The position numbers and the translations under genes were made by a program. A stretch of 38,636 nt of DNA, taken from the NCBI GenBank assembly GCA_038243585.1, contig JBBSQY010000031.1:1-38636 (forward strand), written 5' to 3'. The notes under the pieces were generated by a model. That model was not told the origin of the DNA and made no database searches. It was given only the letters and a program-made list of their open reading frames with translations. Shown here one piece after another: positions 37,023 to 38,636 of this stretch (position 1 is the stretch's first letter; the number at the start of each line of letters is the position of its first letter). Source of the DNA: Candidatus Sumerlaeales bacterium (GTDB taxonomy: Bacteria; Sumerlaeota; Sumerlaeia; Sumerlaeales; Sumerlaeaceae).

Positions 37023-38486
37023 CTAACTTAGCACTGCACATTCTATATTTTTAATTTCGCAAAAGGTTTTTAACTCTTCCACCCAGTCGCCGTATACGCC
37101 GTGGATGTGGTTGCAATGAAACCCGTTGATGAAGGTTTCCGGGCTGCAGTCTAATTTCGCGAAGGCGTGAGGCCAGTTGTCCTGCACGCCTGTGGCCAAT
37201 TGCTCGTCTTTCTCATCCCCAAAGCTGACAAATTCACCCTGAACAATGGCCATTCTATAATTCCCTGGACCTCCACTTCGGGTAAGCCTGGCCAGAGTTA
37301 CGCGGCCCGGCTGAGCTATATGATAGACCGATGCGCCGCCTGCAGGAAAATAGAAACCTTCGGGACGGAACTCCGTGCGCGCAAGATTAACACCCGGATC
37401 GAAGCTTTTTCCAGCGAAGTACGTGGCGTGTTCGCCGCTGTTGCATAGGTCCCACACGCCCAAGTCTGCATGATAGTGACGGATATCCGCAAACAATACC
37501 GGGGTGTTGGCAATCATTTTAAAAATTTGCATGGTCAGCGCGGCATCCATGTCAGCCTCAGTGCTGCAAACGATCATCTCCTTAGGCTTGCCATCGGGGC
37601 CGTATGGATCATTTAGGAAAGCTTCTGCAACATCGGCGGTGGCATAGTGTTCAGTCAGCTCACGCTGTCCTTTTATGCCACAAAAATCATACTTGAACTC
37701 GCGGCAGAGATCGAGCGCTGCATAATACATGGCGATTTGCCGGCGCAGGAGATCTTCCGTCAGGAGCATTTTTGCGCCGGGGGCCGTCCAGTGAATTTTT
37801 CGGACTGTCTTGTTGAGATAGTCGAATGCCTCGGAAACTCTTGATTCAGACAACGCTAACTCCAGATCGGCGCGTCGCACAAGTTCCATCTGGTCTATAT
37901 GGTCAACGTCAATTCCGAACTTTTCCATCCAGAGGGCAGGGTCTGCAACTGCGGTGTCAATTCCAAGAGGACGCCCACCAAAGAGGCCAAAGGTTTGCCC
38001 TTTTAACCGGTTCGCCGCAGAAATGGCTAGGATACGGGAACGAACCCGCGCAAAGACATCATCCGTTGAAATGTCGCCAAAGGTTTTGTAGAATGGAATG
38101 CCGACCTGATCAAGGGAGCCCGCATTGGCAAGCATGCCTACAAGGCCGGGGAATTCTGGGTTAACGTCGGCAAACATGAGAATGGGCTGTGGAACGAACT
38201 GCGCAGCAACCCGGGCAAATTGAGGCCAGGCCCACACGCTAAAATTAAAAATTACGCAGTCTACATTTTTGGCGGCAAGATGCCTGCCTTCGCGCACAGC
38301 AATGTCGTTTTGCCATAGAACTTCTGAACCGGTAACTACTTCAAAACCGTCACCTTCAAGCCGCTTAACCAGTTGGTTCAAAAATTTAGCATTAACCTCT
38401 GCCAGGGATTCTTGTAAGAAGGCGCGGCCATCGCCGAATGTGAGTATCCCAACACGGATGTTTCGGCTGATGGTGCTATGTAACAT
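37023..38486 (-). CDS. L-fucose/L-arabinose isomerase family protein
   Basis: TEADMD (metal ligands), FADIRH, DLCNSG, VTLARL, WPHAF and CNHIH; ATG 38486 has GGAG upstream. Confidence 0.82.
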   Translation of the reverse strand: MLHSTISRNIRVGILTFGDGRAFLQESLAEVNAKFLNQLVKRLEGDGFEVVTGSEVLWQNDIAVREGRHLAAKNVDCVIFNFSVWAWPQFARVAAQFVPQPILMFADVNPEFPGLVGMLANAGSLDQVGIPFYKTFGDISTDDVFARVRSRILAISAANRLKGQTFGLFGGRPLGIDTAVADPALWMEKFGIDVDHIDQMELVRRADLELALSESRVSEAFDYLNKTVRKIHWTAPGAKMLLTEDLLRRQIAMYYAALDLCREFKYDFCGIKGQRELTEHYATADVAEAFLNDPYGPDGKPKEMIVCSTEADMDAALTMQIFKMIANTPVLFADIRHYHADLGVWDLCNSGEHATYFAGKSFDPGVNLARTEFRPEGFYFPAGGASVYHIAQPGRVTLARLTRSGGPGNYRMAIVQGEFVSFGDEKDEQLATGVQDNWPHAFAKLDCSPETFINGFHCNHIHGVYGDWVEELKTFCEIKNIECAVLS

Positions 38487-38636
38487 GGGATTGGCTCCGT
38501 TCATTCTAGGTGAATATGGACTATAGACCACAAACAAGCGCAATTAAATTAACAAATCAAAAAGATAATACTTGAAAGCCTGATTTCACAGTGGTTATGG
38601 TTAGTTATCGAATCAAACTATAATCACAAGAGGCAG

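Overview
Bacterial chromosomal window, mostly housekeeping genes: ispF, tatA/tatC, suhB, purC-purS-purQ, two pilT-type ATPases, mqnC, uppS-cdsA, a TIGR03960/TIGR03936-type radical SAM fusion, ftsY, a fucose/arabinose isomerase-family gene and tRNA-Thr(TGT). A secreted 12-repeat Kelch protein ends in ...SWELYE, a tail I associate from memory with Ca. Sumerlaeota (BRC1)-like lineages (inference only). The accessory block between purQ and the tRNA (about 10.0-19.1 kb) is the most interesting part. It holds an ECF T+A pair with no S component, then a Cys-rich secreted small ORF and a structured spacer that can hide the next RBS. These lead into an MFP, an ABC ATPase, two MacB-like permeases and a His/Cys-rich lipoprotein, together a candidate metal-handling system under leader-ORF control. 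After it come a tandem duplication of REP-like hairpins and an orphan ORF, inside a zone of strong C/A strand skew that starts abruptly within the lipoprotein gene. A multi-stem RNA-like structure of about 130 nt also sits directly upstream of an HNH endonuclease gene and covers its SD. I found no CRISPR array, integrase, transposase or rRNA. All calls come from reading motifs by eye; no searches were run.
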